Below the pieces are notes generated by a model. It ran no database searches. It was not told the origin of the DNA and saw only the letters and a program-made list of their open reading frames with translations. Made by a program: the position numbers and the translations under genes. Positions 50,995 through 64,000 of a stretch of DNA of 64,000 nucleotides are shown piece by piece. The stretch covers positions 139,872,001 to 139,936,000 of the forward strand of contig NC_042999.1 of the NCBI RefSeq assembly GCF_006345805.1, given 5' to 3'. This DNA is from Octopus sinensis (Eukaryota). Numbering within the stretch: position 1 is the stretch's first letter; every line of letters starts with the position of its first letter.

Positions 50995-52143
50995 TGTGCA
51001 TCGTCCAGGAATGATGGCATATCAGCTGAGGTATATGAATATGGTAGCAGTCACCTGCAGAACAAGTTACGTGAACTCTTAATCTGGGAATTAAGATCAG
51101 TCCCACAGGAGTTTAAAGATACCTTTATTGTCCATCTTTATACGCATAAAGGCAACAAATGTGAAAGTGACAACCATAGAGGTATCTCCCTTTTGTGTGT
51201 TGCTGGGAAGATCCTTAGAAAGTTTATCTTAAACAGACTAAATGATGCCCTTGCCAGCTTAGTGTTGCCTGAATCTCAGCATAGATTTTGGGCTGGTAGA
51301 GGCACAGTAGATATGATTTTTAGCCTAAGGCAGCTGCAGGAAAAGGTTTGTGAGCAGAACCAAGAACATTTTGTTACTTTTGTAGATCTAACTGAAGCTT
51401 TTGACACTATATCTAGGGATGTTCTTTTGGTTGTCCTTAGAAAGCTAGGTGTTCCCAAAAAGATGCCCAATGTCATCATTTCTTTCCATCAAGGGATGAT
51501 GGCTTCTGTCAGATCTAGCGGGTAAGTGTCCGATTCATTCACAGTTTCAAATGAGATGAAACAAGGCTGTGTTCTTGCACTGCTCTTATTTGCTTTGTAT
51601 TTCTCCATCATGTTGGAAACAATGTTTGTGGGTGTTAAAAAAGGAGAAAAGTTTGAGTACAGAACTGGTGGTGGCTTGTTCAACCAACTGCACTTCAAAG
51701 CAAAAACTAAGATTTTGGTACAAGCAGTTCAAGATTTGCTCTTTGCAGATGATTGTGCACTTGTAGCATACACTCTTGAGGACATACAATGGATTCTAAA
51801 CAACTTTTCATGTGCATTGAAGGCTTTTGATCTGACCATCAGCATCAAAAGAACTAATCTTGTCCATCTGCTCATTCTTGACCATCTTCCCACTGTTGCC
51901 CCTATTGTATATGTTGATGGGAAAGCATTAAAAACTGTTCTTGGTTCCATTGTGTCCAATGATGCTAAGATGGATAAAGTAATTGTGTCCAGAATCAGGA
52001 AGGCTAATTCCACTTTTGGTAAGCTTTATCATAGGCTTTGGAACAGCCACAACGTATTGTTGAAGGTGAAAGTCAATGTAAAGAAGTCAGAGGTCTTGAC
52101 AACATTGCTTTATGGTGCTGAATCTTATGAACTTTTCAGCTGA
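50995..52143 (+). pseudogene. Degenerate RTE/BovB-type reverse transcriptase
   Basis: NHRGISLL, FVDLTEAFDTISR, KQGCVLA and DLLFADDCAL, with a stop at 51523-51525. Confidence 0.88.
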
Positions 52144-52224
52144 TCCTCACATATATATATACATAGGTTTGGTGATGATAAGTGTTAATGCACAAAACTC
52201 TTGGCCTTTGAATTAACAACCTCA

Positions 52225-52562
52225 GAATGCTGAACCATTCAGACGAGATGACAAAAGACTGAGATACCTAGCACTTTGCTATACTGAAGAAGACTTGTAC
52301 TCTACAGCAGAAGTATTAAGGCTGCATCTCTTGGTGAAGAGGCCCAGCTTGTAAGAGTCCTGTGCTGGTTCTATGTAAAAAGCACTTGTGCCAGTGCCAT
52401 GTAAAAGCACTCAGCACACACTGTAAAGTGGTTGGCATTAGGAAGGGTATTCAACCATAGAAACCAAACTAAATCAGACTGGAACCTGGTGCAGCTCTCT
52501 GGTTAAATCATCCAACCCTTGCCAGCATGGAAAACAGTCATTAAAGGATGATGATGGTGATA
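52225..52562 (+). mobile_element. RTE 3'UTR fragment with (GAT)n tail
   Basis: GAGATGACAAAAGACTGAGA..GGTTGGCATTAGGAAGGG..CCAGCATGGAAAA..GATGATGATG. Confidence 0.7.
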
Positions 52563-53941
52563 ATGAAATATACACTCACACACACACTCGCATGCGCACA
52601 CACACACACTCGCATGCGCGCACACACACACACACGTCATCATCATCATTTAATGTCCATGTTCCATGCTGGCATAGGTCGAACAGTTTGACAGGATCTG
52701 ATGAGTCAAGGACTGCATCATGCTCCAGTGTCAGCTTTAGCATGGTCTCTACAGTTGCATCTTCATAAAACCAACCACTTCACTGTGTGTACTAGATGCT
52801 TCTTTTCAATGAGCACTAGTGAGGTTACCATGCAGCTTGCAAGGCTACATACCTTGAGTGAGAAGGAGGAACCTTATGTTAGGAGAATAAAGAATAGAGA
52901 GGAATAAAGTATGAGGGAAAAGGGCTGGAGCTGAACAGGTTTCTTGCTATATGATCACTCATGTTTTAGATGAGAGGTGGAAATTGGAGATAAAGTGTCA
53001 GAGTGGACCTTGATGGTACAAGGTGGGTAGGAATGAGTGAGACAGAGGTGCTAGGAGTGAATGAGAAGAGTAAGAGAACCAGCATGGCCACAGCTCTGAG
53101 CTGAAACTACAAAGAAAATATTTTATCAAACTCAGATGGATGGAAAACAAGTGCAACTTCAGCTGGATTTGGACTCAGGATGTACCTTAGCTCACTCCTT
53201 CCATCAAATCGACACTGCCTGAAGAGGTGAATGGTGTACCATATGTCAGGTGTTAAAGTGATCACAGAGCAATGCGAGATGAAGTGTTTTGCTCAAGAAC
53301 ACAACGCACCATTTGGTCTAGGTATTGAAACCATAATTTCGCAATTATGAATACAACACAATCATAAGGTCATGATTTAATAGTAATGATGATGATGATG
53401 ATAATAATAATAATAATAATAATAATGGTTTCTAATTTAAGCACAAGACGGGTGATTTTAAATGGAGAAGGGAGCTTAGCTCATACCCAGTCCAACTCAG
53501 CAGTTGACATATTTATTTTACCAATCTTGAAAGCATGAAAGGTAAAGTTGATCTTGCTGGGACTTGAATGCAACCCGAAGAAAGCTGGAATAAATACAGT
53601 TATAAATATTCTATTTGATGTTCCAGTGATTCTATCAGTCTATCACCTTCAATGACAATAATCCTTTGGGAGGGGGATAGGTCATTACATTGGCCCTAGT
53701 GCTCAACTGGTACTTATTTTATCAACTCTGAAAGGACAAAAGCAAAGTTCACTTTGGCAGCATTTGAAGTTAGAATGTAAAGTTGGAAGAAGTGCTTTAA
53801 ACATTTTGTTGCTAAGCATTTCTGATACCTGACTCAAATGTATCAACAGTATTTGACTTGTCAATAAAACAAAGCCACTTCTCAGTAGAAAACTGCATTT
53901 TTTCCATGTAATTGCTAAAATAAATAAACTTTAACACTTAC

Positions 53942-54118
53942 CATCATAAAGTTTTTATGTTTCTTTACATAACGGATTAATGTTGTTTTTGGAATGCTAA
54001 ATATTTTAGAAGCTTTCATGTAACCCAGCTCTCCTTTCAAGACAGCCATAATAGCTCCTTGAAGATTTTCTTTGTGCCATGAACCCTGTTGTGTTTTTCT
54101 GCAATAATTCCTCACCAT
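53942..54118 (-). CDS. Phase 0-0 exon (177 nt) encoding a pipsqueak-type HTH
   Basis: Acceptor TTATTATTTTCAG|ATG. MVRNYCRKT..WHKENLQGAIMAVLKGELGYMKASKIFSIPKTTLIRYVKK. Donor ATG|GTAAGT. Confidence 0.85.
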
Positions 54119-54510
54119 CTGAAAATAATAAGCAATTGCATAATTGTTTTAACTGATAAATCATAATAGTTATTTAAAAAAGATATTTCATTTTTAAATA
54201 TTTCAACTATGAATTATATTATCTAAGTGACCTGATTTTGAGTCAAGCATTGCTTACCTCTGTAACAAAAATATAAAAAATAATAATAATATGTACAAAT
54301 GTACAGAACCACCATGAATGTTCTTAAAATTTTGTTACCAAAGCAACTTTGGACTAACAATGTAAAGGGATGCATGCAACAAAATATAGTAGTATTTTGT
54401 CTACCATTCTACTAATTTTATCAATCTATTGGCCTTAATAACACTACCAACAACAACAACAATGATAATAATAATAATGGTTTCACATTTTGGCACAAGG
54501 TCAGCAAGTA

Positions 54511-54720
54511 CTGTCTGTCAAGTCACAAGGACCTCAGACAGACAGTACTTTATGCAGTATGTTCCAAGTAGAGCTGATTTTTTGCAAATATGGAGACCTG
54601 AAAATTGAGATCACCAAGATGTGGCAGCTGTGAGAGTCAAATGTAAAGGTTGTCCTTGTTATCATCAGAACACTGAATTCAATGCTACCCAACCTGAAAA
54701 AACGTCTGGACACTTTAGAA
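54511..54720. mobile_element. R4/Dong-like LINE 3' fragment with an internal inversion
   Basis: 54511-54588 is the reverse complement of the LQK..LLGT/3'UTR part of the 55329-55560 copy. 54589-54720 is the forward KYGDLKIE part. Confidence 0.72.
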
Positions 54721-55328
54721 AGTTCGATTACATCAACCCCAGTGATCATCCATCATCATCATCCAGTGTTTTAAATCCAGGTTTTGTCCCAGTTAACGGG
54801 GATGGCTGGATCTACCTCAATGCCATAGCAACTGAGGTAGGCAGGTGCAGCCCACCCCTACCTTTGGGCTGGCTGGTGCCCTTTCTTCTTTGCTATCATG
54901 AGGCTTTTTTGGAGCTGGATTTTCTGTGGGGAGCATGCCCTTGCTTACCCGCAACCTTAGTTTCTGGACATGAGTGGTCCTGAGACCAAGGTCTCTACCA
55001 CAATTTTTAAGAAATTTGTTGGAAAACTAGCTCAGGAAGGCAGTACTTGCTGACTTTGTGCCAAAATGTGAAACCATTATTATTATTATCATTGTTGTTG
55101 TTGGTAAGTGTTATTAAGGCCAGTAGATTGATAAAATTAGTAGAATGGTAGAAGCTATTTATTTTATTGACTCGGACAGGATGGCAGGTAAAATCCACCT
55201 AGGCAGAATTTGAACTCAGAATATGAAGATGGATGAAATGATGCTAAGCATTTTGCCCAGTATGCTAATGATTCAGCCAACTCATGCCAGATCAGCATAT
55301 TATCACAAAAAAAAGAGAAAAGGTCAAT

Positions 55329-55560
55329 CAATATGGAGACCTGAAAATTGAGATCATTAAGATGTGGCAGCTGTGAGAGTCAAATGTAAAGGTTGTTCCT
55401 GTTGTCATCAGAGCATTGGGTTCAATACCACCCAACCTGAAGAAATATCCTACAATCATGGTGTTTTGCAAAAAATTAGCTTTACTTGGAACATACTGCA
55501 TAACATACTGTCTGTCTGAGGTCCTTGTGACTTGACAGACAATACAGATCCCTAGTACAC
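55329..55560 (+). mobile_element. R4/Dong-like (restriction-like endonuclease) LINE 3' end
   Basis: YGDLKIEIIKMWQL..KVVPVVIRALGSIPPNLKK..QKISFTW/LLGT. Confidence 0.72.
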
Positions 55561-58500
55561 ACAATATCTTCAATCTACAATATAGGATACTGCATGATGT
55601 CTGCAACAACAACAACAACCCTTTCTACTATAGGCACAAGGCTTGAAATTTTGGGTGAGGGGACTAGCCTATTTAATCAACCCCAGTGTTTCACCGGTAC
55701 TTAATTTATTGAATAATAATAATAATCATATCACGCACATATGCATGTGCCTGGTGTACTCTTATCAGACAGGTAGTCATAATGGGTATATTGGGTTTCA
55801 TGTATTTGTACCCCACTGTCACTTTGATGGCATACATTGCTCTCTCACTCAATAATAGTATAATCCTTTCTAGTATAGGCACAAAGGCTGAAACGTTAGA
55901 GGAGGGCGTTAGTTGATCACATTGATCTCAATGCTTGACTGGTACTTAATTTATCAACCCTGAAAGGATGAAAGGCAAAGTCAACATCAGTGGTATCAGA
56001 ACATAAAGCTGGATGAAATGCCATTAAGCATTTTGTTCAGTACAGTAATGATTCTGCCAGCACCCTGCCTTATAATAATAATAATAAAGATTATGATGAT
56101 AATGATAATTTCTTTTATAGGCCACAAGGACCCAAGACATGGAGGACAATATCAAAGGACAAGATACAACACACAAAAACAGGTAGGGTTTGCATTCATC
56201 AAAGGTAGACACTGCAAGATTAAAGGCTGTAGCAAAGGATATATAAATAGAAATTAGAGAAATAAATAAATAGAATCCCGAAGAGCAGTGCAGTCCACTT
56301 AGGGTAATTCAGAAAACTTCATGCAAAAGACCCAGATTACTCTGCCATCTCCAAGGCATGGGGAGTGCCCTCTTCCAGTTTCTTTCCTCCTACTTAGAAA
56401 AGCATAGTCACTGTAGATCCATTCAGTCACACCAGACTTGCCACTCTTGTCCACCTTTTGATAAACATACTAGATGGCAGCACCTCCCTCTTCAATGATA
56501 TTTGAAAAAATTGATTAAAACTTGACCAGATAGTAAAGTGCTTGTCTTCAAACTTTTCAGATGGGTCCACCACACAGGCTCTTTTTCCTCAGCTAGAAGG
56601 GTAAAGACTCCTTTGGTCATGAATGATCATGAGTTTGCACCTGGAAAGTTCCCCTCCAAGACTCAAGTTTGGGCAAGGTTGTTTATGGAAGACCAGCAGC
56701 CTCCCCTCTTCACACCACCGATGTTATCCAAGAGAAAGGCAAAGGCTGATACAGCTTGGCACCAGTGATATTTCTACAGCTGAGCAACGTGAAATACAGT
56801 GTCTTGCTCAAAAACTCAACACAGCCTGGCCTAGGAATCAAACTCACTACCACATGATTGTGAGTCTGACACTTTAACCACTGAGCCATGCACCTGCCTT
56901 CCATCTCTGCTAAAGGAAGGTGGTGCATTGATCTTCACTATACAGCTGGATTCATCTTACATGAGACAGCAACTGCTCAGCACAATGCTGCAGGTCTCTA
57001 ATGCATGTATACTGAATGATTGCATGCTAGACAGTTTCATCTACCTGCATGCATCTTTGGCAGGTTCAGCTGTTGGCACTTCCATGCCTAATAATGATAA
57101 TAGTAATAATCAGAGAGCACAAACCTCTGCCAAGGCAACACCAACGATTAGCCAGAGATGATTTTTAAAATGAGAATATCTGAAATAAACTCAACTGCTC
57201 TCACAAACGAGAATACTAAAAATGAACCCAACTGCTCTCAAAAATTAAGTAAAAAAAAATGGAAAAATAATCCAGAATCCTTGTCCAGTACTGGATTGAT
57301 CCCCAAATCTAATCATTTCATGCCAGTCATGAGGCCAAACATCCCTGAAAGTTTCATCTGAATCCATCCAGTGGTTCTTGAGATATCTAGTTCACAGAGA
57401 AACAAACAAATATGACTGAAAACAATACCTCTGCCTTTGCTAAGGTGGAGGTAATAATGATTTCAAATTTTGGTAGCAATTTTGAAGGTAGGGGATAAGT
57501 TGATTACATTGACTACTGTTCTACTGGTCCTTATTTTGTCGACCCCAAAAGGAGGAAAGGCAAAGTTGACCTCAGCAACATTTGTCAAAGTGATGCTGAG
57601 GTACAAATATATGAAACCCAATATACTCATCACGACTACTGTCTGATAAGGAAGGGTACACCAGGCATCACAACAATACATGTGCAACAAGGTGATCTTG
57701 TATCAAGATAAGCAGCACATGATCTTGTACAGTTAGAAATTTCTTCAGGTCGAGTAGTCTATCCTGCTCAAAAAGTCTCTGAATAAGGGTTGTTTAATAA
57801 TGATGATAATTCATTCCAGAGGTAAATTATTCAAACTCCAAAGAATTCCTCTCAACAATGCTATTTCCAACAGTTTGAACAGTTTATGAGAGACTTTTTT
57901 TGTGGGCCTTCTTGACTAAACTGATGGACATACAAAATTCAAATCTCAAGATGTTCCTATTACTTTTGTTTACAGGAAAAGATGTGACAGACTATTAGTG
58001 GTTCATTTCAGTGATAAATTATTTGAAGTCAACTGATTAATATGAATGCTTGTGGCCGTGAAGCAAGAAGCTTCCGTTCCAACCACATGGTTCTGGGTTC
58101 AGTCCCACTGCGTAGCACCTTATGCAAGTATCTTCTACTACAGCCTCAGGCTGACCAAATACTTGAAACTGTAAGAAGCCTGTCATGTGTGTGTGTGTAT
58201 GTATGTGTGTGTCTTTGTGTCTGTGTTTGTCCCTCTACACCACTTGACAACCGGTGTTCGCGTGTTTTATGTTTACGTCCCCGTGACTTAGCGGTTCAGC
58301 AAAGGAGACCGATAGAATAAGTACAAGGCTTAAAAATAAGTCCTGGAGTAGATTTGTTCGACTAAAACCCTCGAAGGTAGTGCCCCGATATGGCCACAGT
58401 CAAATGACTGAAACAAGTAAAAGAATAGAATAAGCATGTTTTGACATTTATTACCCAAATTACATTGCAGGGGAGATAACTTTACTAACGCTATTAACAA

Positions 58501-59404
58501 GTTTACAAAATAGCTTTCAAAGCACTTTTCAGATATTTAATCCCATGTTGAATAAAATTAGGTCTGAAAGTAGGCAGGAAAAAAAATCTAATCTAAAATC
58601 CTCGTATAACAATGGACAGAAAAAATTGTTTTCTATTTTAGAAATAACGATGACCGAAAAGTAGAAGATCGCCTCAAATATATGTAAATGAATTTTGTGT
58701 CAATGTGATTGTGTACATAATATTGTTAAACACATTTTAATATCTAATAAATTATTACAACAATGATGTTTTTAAAAATTAATGATTGGCCTTTTCAATA
58801 ATATCTGGGGACCTGATTTTCCTATTTTTGGGAATTGTGTATAAGCGTATCTACATTGTATCTACTTGTATTACCTTTGATAGGTTTTGAAACTTTACAT
58901 TTCACTTTCAGTAGCATCACTTCAACGTATAGCTTTGTTATCTTTTCACTCTACAGAATTATGAACTTTTTAGTACTATCATTATTGAGTGAGAAAGTAA
59001 TGCATGCCACCAAACTGACACTGGAATACAAATATAAGATGCCCAATATATCCATCATGACTACCCGCCTGATAAGGGTACACCATGCACATGCATCACA
59101 ATCATATGTGCGCAACACGATGATCTTATATCAAGATAAACAGCGTATGACCTTACAACCGGGGCCCAGTTAGAATTTTTTCTTTTTTTTTTTTTGACGT
59201 CGAGTAAATCGAATTTTTATTTTCATATATAACATATAAACATGTGCATGTTTTAGAACATTGTCATTTTATAAAATTTTACTGGCAAATTTTAAAATTA
59301 AGATAGATATTTATTTACATGAAAAAAAATTACCGGAGAACTTTCATTTAATTTTTCCAAATCTTTCTGTTAAAACTATTTGTGGGGAATTTGTTTTATT
59401 ACAG

Positions 59405-59830
59405 CAACTGGTCGCACACCACAAGGTTTAACGGAACCTACTGAAGCAAACCAGCATTACCACGGGCGATGGCGAGGCTAAGGACGTTGGGAAAGCCAAG
59501 CGCCCTTACTGGTATCACCTCACACCCTAGTGAGGCGAGCTGCCAACGTTGACAAGAACTTCGCGGTTAGTGGCCCAGTTCCTCCGAACGTCTCAAATCC
59601 CACAAATTGGAAGAAATAGTTCACTGTCAGGTCCCGATACTTCAGGGTTTTCTTCCGTTCGGTTACGGAAGCAGTGACCCTCCCATTAACTGCTGCATCC
59701 AGGATGTGGGAGGAAGCAAAGGAGTCGCAGACTGTGGCATCCGAAATGAGGTACCTACCTCTAACCCAGGGACAGAGGGTAAGACTATCTAGTCTCATTC
59801 CATCACTTCTGGATAACCCCAACGGTTCCA
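59405..59830 (-). mobile_element. CRE-clade LINE C-terminal restriction-like endonuclease relic
   Basis: GLSRSDGMRLDSLTLCPW..DATVCDSF..KKTLKYRDL..FVGFETFG..SQRP*PRHRP(A..RGNA). Confidence 0.8.
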
Positions 59831-61026
59831 GAACAGGGAATATTAATCCAGCCCAAGACCTGCTTAATGGTTAGGTGTAGCGAGTGAAGGTCGAGCAGTC
59901 CATCCTGCTCAAGAGGTCCCTGAATAATGTTCATGAATGAAACACCCATGTTTCCAGGGGTGAATTATTCAAACCCAAAAGAATGCCTTTCAACACATGG
60001 CTATGATGCTCCCCCACTGCTCCTCGCGATCAGAGACACACGCATTGTCATCCAGTAAGGGACATGCTCAACCGGTTATGGCCAAGCCACCTACAAGTAA
60101 ATTTGTGGTATTGAGCAGAATATTTTCTGTGGCTCATCTTTTATACCAAGACAAAACATGTACGTGATAACACTTCCAATCAGTTAAGATCAGAAGCCAC
60201 GAGAGTCACTGCCTGGTAGTGCATCAGGGAATTATTTTTATTATCATGTTATCGATTATCCTTTACTTGTTTCAGTCGTTGTTTAATGCCTGTCGTTCTC
60301 TTTTACCGAACCACTAAGTCACAGAGACATAAAACAAATCTTCACTGGCTACCAAGCGGTGGAGATGACGTATGCACGCACACACACACGACCTATACGA
60401 AGCGGGTTCAGCTGGTACATCGGCCCAGGTCCCGTGAATATATGTGTGTCTGTGTGCGTGTGTGTGTGCGTGCGTTTGTGTGTAGATATATAAACGATGA
60501 CCTTTCAGTTTCCGTCTACCAAATCCACTCACAGTTCATTGGTCAGCCCTTAGCTATAGCACAACACACTTACCAAAGATGCTATATTGTGGGGGGAAAC
60601 AAACTTCTTAACACACAACCTCTTTTTATTTCTCTTTTGTTTAATAATATTGATTCGGATTTTGATACAGGGCCAGAAATTTCGGAGGCGCGGGCAAGTC
60701 GATTACATTAACCCAGTGCTCAACTGGTATTTATTTGATCGACCACGAAAGGATGAAAGGCAAAGTCAACGTCGGCGGAATCTATTGTCTTCTTTGATTT
60801 CTACGACTGGATGCCCTTCCTAATGCCAACCACTTTACAGAGCGTACTGGGTGCTTTTTACGTGGCACCAGCATCGGCAAGGTCACCAAGTAACTTGCAA
60901 GACGAAGACCCACCACCACCACCACCACCACCAAGTGAGAAGGGGGAATGATATTGAAGGAAGTTACTTTGTGTCCGTTGAAGAGAGAAAGTATAAAAGG
61001 ATAGAAATGGGTGTCTCTCCAGTCCT

Positions 61027-61060
<34 letters not shown>

Positions 61061-61261
61061 GGGGGGTTGATGTAGGGAGTGTTATATCAGAATACAGAGG
61101 GGTGAATATAAGTAAAGTGGTACAGAGGATTAGGCATAGTAAGTGGGCAAGAAGTTCATGCGAGTGAGAAAGGCGAGGGGTCAACAAGGGGTGGGGGAAA
61201 GGATACTGCAGTGAGTGGTCAACACGGACGCTTAAAGCATTGGACCTAGTTCTAAATGGAC

Positions 61262-61545
61262 GACTGTGTGGAGGCACATGGCCTGAGCAGCGGTCGAGAG
61301 ATCGCGGGTTCGAATCTCAGACCGGGCGATGTGTGTGTTTATGAGCGAAACACCTAAGCTCCACGTGATTCCGGCAGAAGGTAATGGCGAACTTCTGATG
61401 ATTCTTTCGCCACAACTTTCTCTCATTCTTTCCTCCTGCATCTAGCAGCTCACCTGCGACAGACCGGCGTCCCGTCCAGGTGGAGAACCTATACGCCAAG
61501 GAAACCGGCCCTTTTGAGCCAGGCATAGCTCGAGAAGGAACAAAC
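61262..61545 (+). mobile_element. Relatively intact tRNA-derived SINE
   Basis: B-box GGTTCGAATC at 61308-61317 and a conserved-looking central GGCGTCCCGTCCAGG..GAAACCGGCCC. No tRNA cloverleaf or CCA. Confidence 0.7.
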
Positions 61546-64000
61546 AATGGACGAGTGTCCACGTGGGTTCGAATCCAACTCGTGCTAAATATTTATAGGC
61601 GCAGGTGTGGCTGTGTGGTAAGAAGTTTGCTTCCCAATCACATAGTTCCGGTTTCAATATCACTGCGTAGCATCTTGGGTATGCGTCTTCTACGATAGCC
61701 GACGACCAAGGCCTCGTGAGTGGATCTGGTAGGTGAAAACTGAAAGAAGCCCGTCAAATATATGTGTGTGTGTGTGTGTGTGTATTTGTCCCCGTAACTT
61801 AGCGGTTCAGCAAAACAGACGTCAGAATAAGTACCAGGCTTTAAAATAAGTACTGGGATCCATTCGTTCGACTAAAATTCTCCAAGGGTGGCGGCAAAAG
61901 GTAAAAAGGACACACGCACGCACATACACACACATACACGCATGTATGCATGCTATTGTGTGATGTCCCTGAGTTTCTCAATTGCATTACCAAAATAAAA
62001 TGAAATTGAAATGATTAACATCACGGGGTCTAAGCTCACTAGGAGCTTAACTTTACCCACCAGCACTCACAACAAAATGATTATTTCATAAAACAAATGA
62101 TTTCCCTGTGCCATATAAAACTATATTTTTGTTTGGCAAAAGGCCAATTTTGTTGTTGAGTGGAAAATTAGTTGCTTGAATCGATCGCACCAAATAGCTG
62201 GAATTTTATGTCATCAACATCAAAACAACGCAAAGAAACGGGCAAATATCAATCAAGCATTTTTGACAATATTCATTGTGAAATGATCTTTCACTTCCAT
62301 CCAGCTTGATATGTCTCGCGAGCGTATTTTATCAAAACATACGTTATTTGAACTGGCAGCAAACTATCTATATAGTATGGAACACTCAATAATTTAACAA
62401 TTATAATATCAGATCTTAGATTAGAACTATTTATACGCCCACAAATTAGACATTACATTTTCGTCAGTAAAGCTATTTAAAACGAAACAATTACATTCGA
62501 CTAAGTTTTACTTCAACGCTCTCAAACATTATGTAGCTCCATGCACAGGTTGTCATATTCGTATGCAACTATTTCTTTTCTTTTTTATTATTATTATTAA
62601 GATATGTATTTAAAAAACTGTAAACATTCTTCGTGGTTTTACGCACGCACACACACACACACACTGTTTACTCAATTTGGTTAAGGTAAAGCTTTCAGGA
62701 AATATATCAATGTTTGATATCCATTATCTGATCTCATTAAATGTTGATTTTGATATTTCACTAAAAAGTGGGAGACAAACAAGTCTGCAAACAACACACT
62801 ACGAATATGAAGAAAAACGTCAATAATCTCATCGAAGGGAAGTAACAATTCTTCCTAATTTTGGTACAAGACCAGCAGTTTCGAAGGAAGGGGTAAAGTT
62901 GATTACATAAATCCAGTGCTTGAATGGTAATTCATTTTATCGACCTTGAAACCTTAAAAGAATGAAAAGCAAAGTTGATCTCAGCGAAATTTTAACTCAG
63001 AGCGTTAAGAGCTGGAATCAATGGGAAATAATAAATACACGCTTATAAATGATGCATTGTTTTTACTTTTATGTCACTGAAGTACAATTTTGCCTGCCTT
63101 CCTACACACACACACACACACGATTGTCTAAAAACCAGTCAAAAGATTCAGGCAGTGGATATATTGGTTAATAGAGCGGATGTATTATTATGAATAAAAT
63201 ACAATATTATATTCTGATATCATCTTTCATACTCTATGAAATCTCTACCCCTGGATGAAACCGATCGTTAAAGAGGCTTTTTAAAAGAATAATAATAATA
63301 AATAGTAACAACACATCCTTCGGCAGCCTTAGGACCACGCACTGGATCCTGGCTCTATACGGAACAGTAACATGAATCAGTAATGACATATACACACATA
63401 CGTGCATACATATATACAGACACACATGTGTATGTTTATATGTTTATTTATATAAGACACTATGCAGAGTTTATGTGTGCGCGCGCGAAGGCGTCTTATA
63501 CTTTAATCATAGAAATTGAAAACAACACTAGGCTGATTATCGACACTAAAATAAAAAGAAAGCAGTTTTTAAAATGTCATACGCTGTTAATTTTGCAGAC
63601 TGTAAATTGTACTACTTGTGTAATCGGATCTGTACAGTCGTTCACAGATCTTTTTTTTTTTTTTTCTGAGTAGTCCATGTGATAGACTTTATAAATAAAT
63701 GTTATGTATGCTAAAATTTTCATACAGAAAAATAGGATGGAGTGAAATATCGTTCAAACGATAATTGGTGACGTTAACCACGCAAAATCTCACGAAGTTA
63801 TGATTTAGAACGAAAACAAACAAGTAATATACAAATAAAAAAAAAACCAATGGTCCGTCATACTTTTTTTTCATTGATTGAGACATATCTTTAATTGTCT
63901 TACATTTCATAAATCATACTAACCTTGGCAACTAAATCCTCGTCATTATACATGTGTTTTCCTTAATGTAGCAGTCTCTTCATAAATTGAATTTTTTTCT

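Noticed and set aside
58875-58950. 76-nt minus-strand segment with AG/GT ends, open from phase 0
   Set aside because: The pyrimidine tract is weak, the peptide is unrecognisable, and such segments are expected by chance.
61262-61330. Possible tRNA gene
   Set aside because: A B-box is present but there is no cloverleaf; it continues into a SINE body.
63318-63372. GC-rich 55-bp island that could be a mini-exon or ncRNA
   Set aside because: No convincing donor, fold or motif.

Overview
This is AT-rich, repeat-dense animal genomic DNA. The RTE LINEs with (GAT)n tails, tRNA-type SINEs and long (TA)/(CA) microsatellites suggest an octopus or other cephalopod, which is my inference. Most of the window is transposon debris: RTE, CR1-like, R4-like and CRE LINEs, Tc1/mariner, hAT, MULE, a Helitron, MITEs and a foldback element. 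I found no conventional complete multi-exon gene. The main signal is six uninterrupted minus-strand ORFs spread over 46 kb. Each encodes a different transposase-type DNA-binding module: pipsqueak HTH (54118-53942), CENP-B/Tigger double HTH (50160-49675), FLYWCH (48873-48469), THAP (39327-38800), THAP (11046-10806) and Brinker-type HTH (8444-8283). None is followed by a DDE catalytic domain. Each ends at a GT splice donor soon after the domain, and five of the six donors are phase 0. Several have clear acceptors or their own promoter-like regions. A 40-nt exon with strong splice sites (21902-21863) is open from phase 0 and is a candidate shared downstream exon. Together this suggests an array of alternative N-terminal DNA-binding exons captured from transposons and spliced onto a shared body that probably lies left of the window. 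This is a hypothesis from sequence only and needs RNA evidence.
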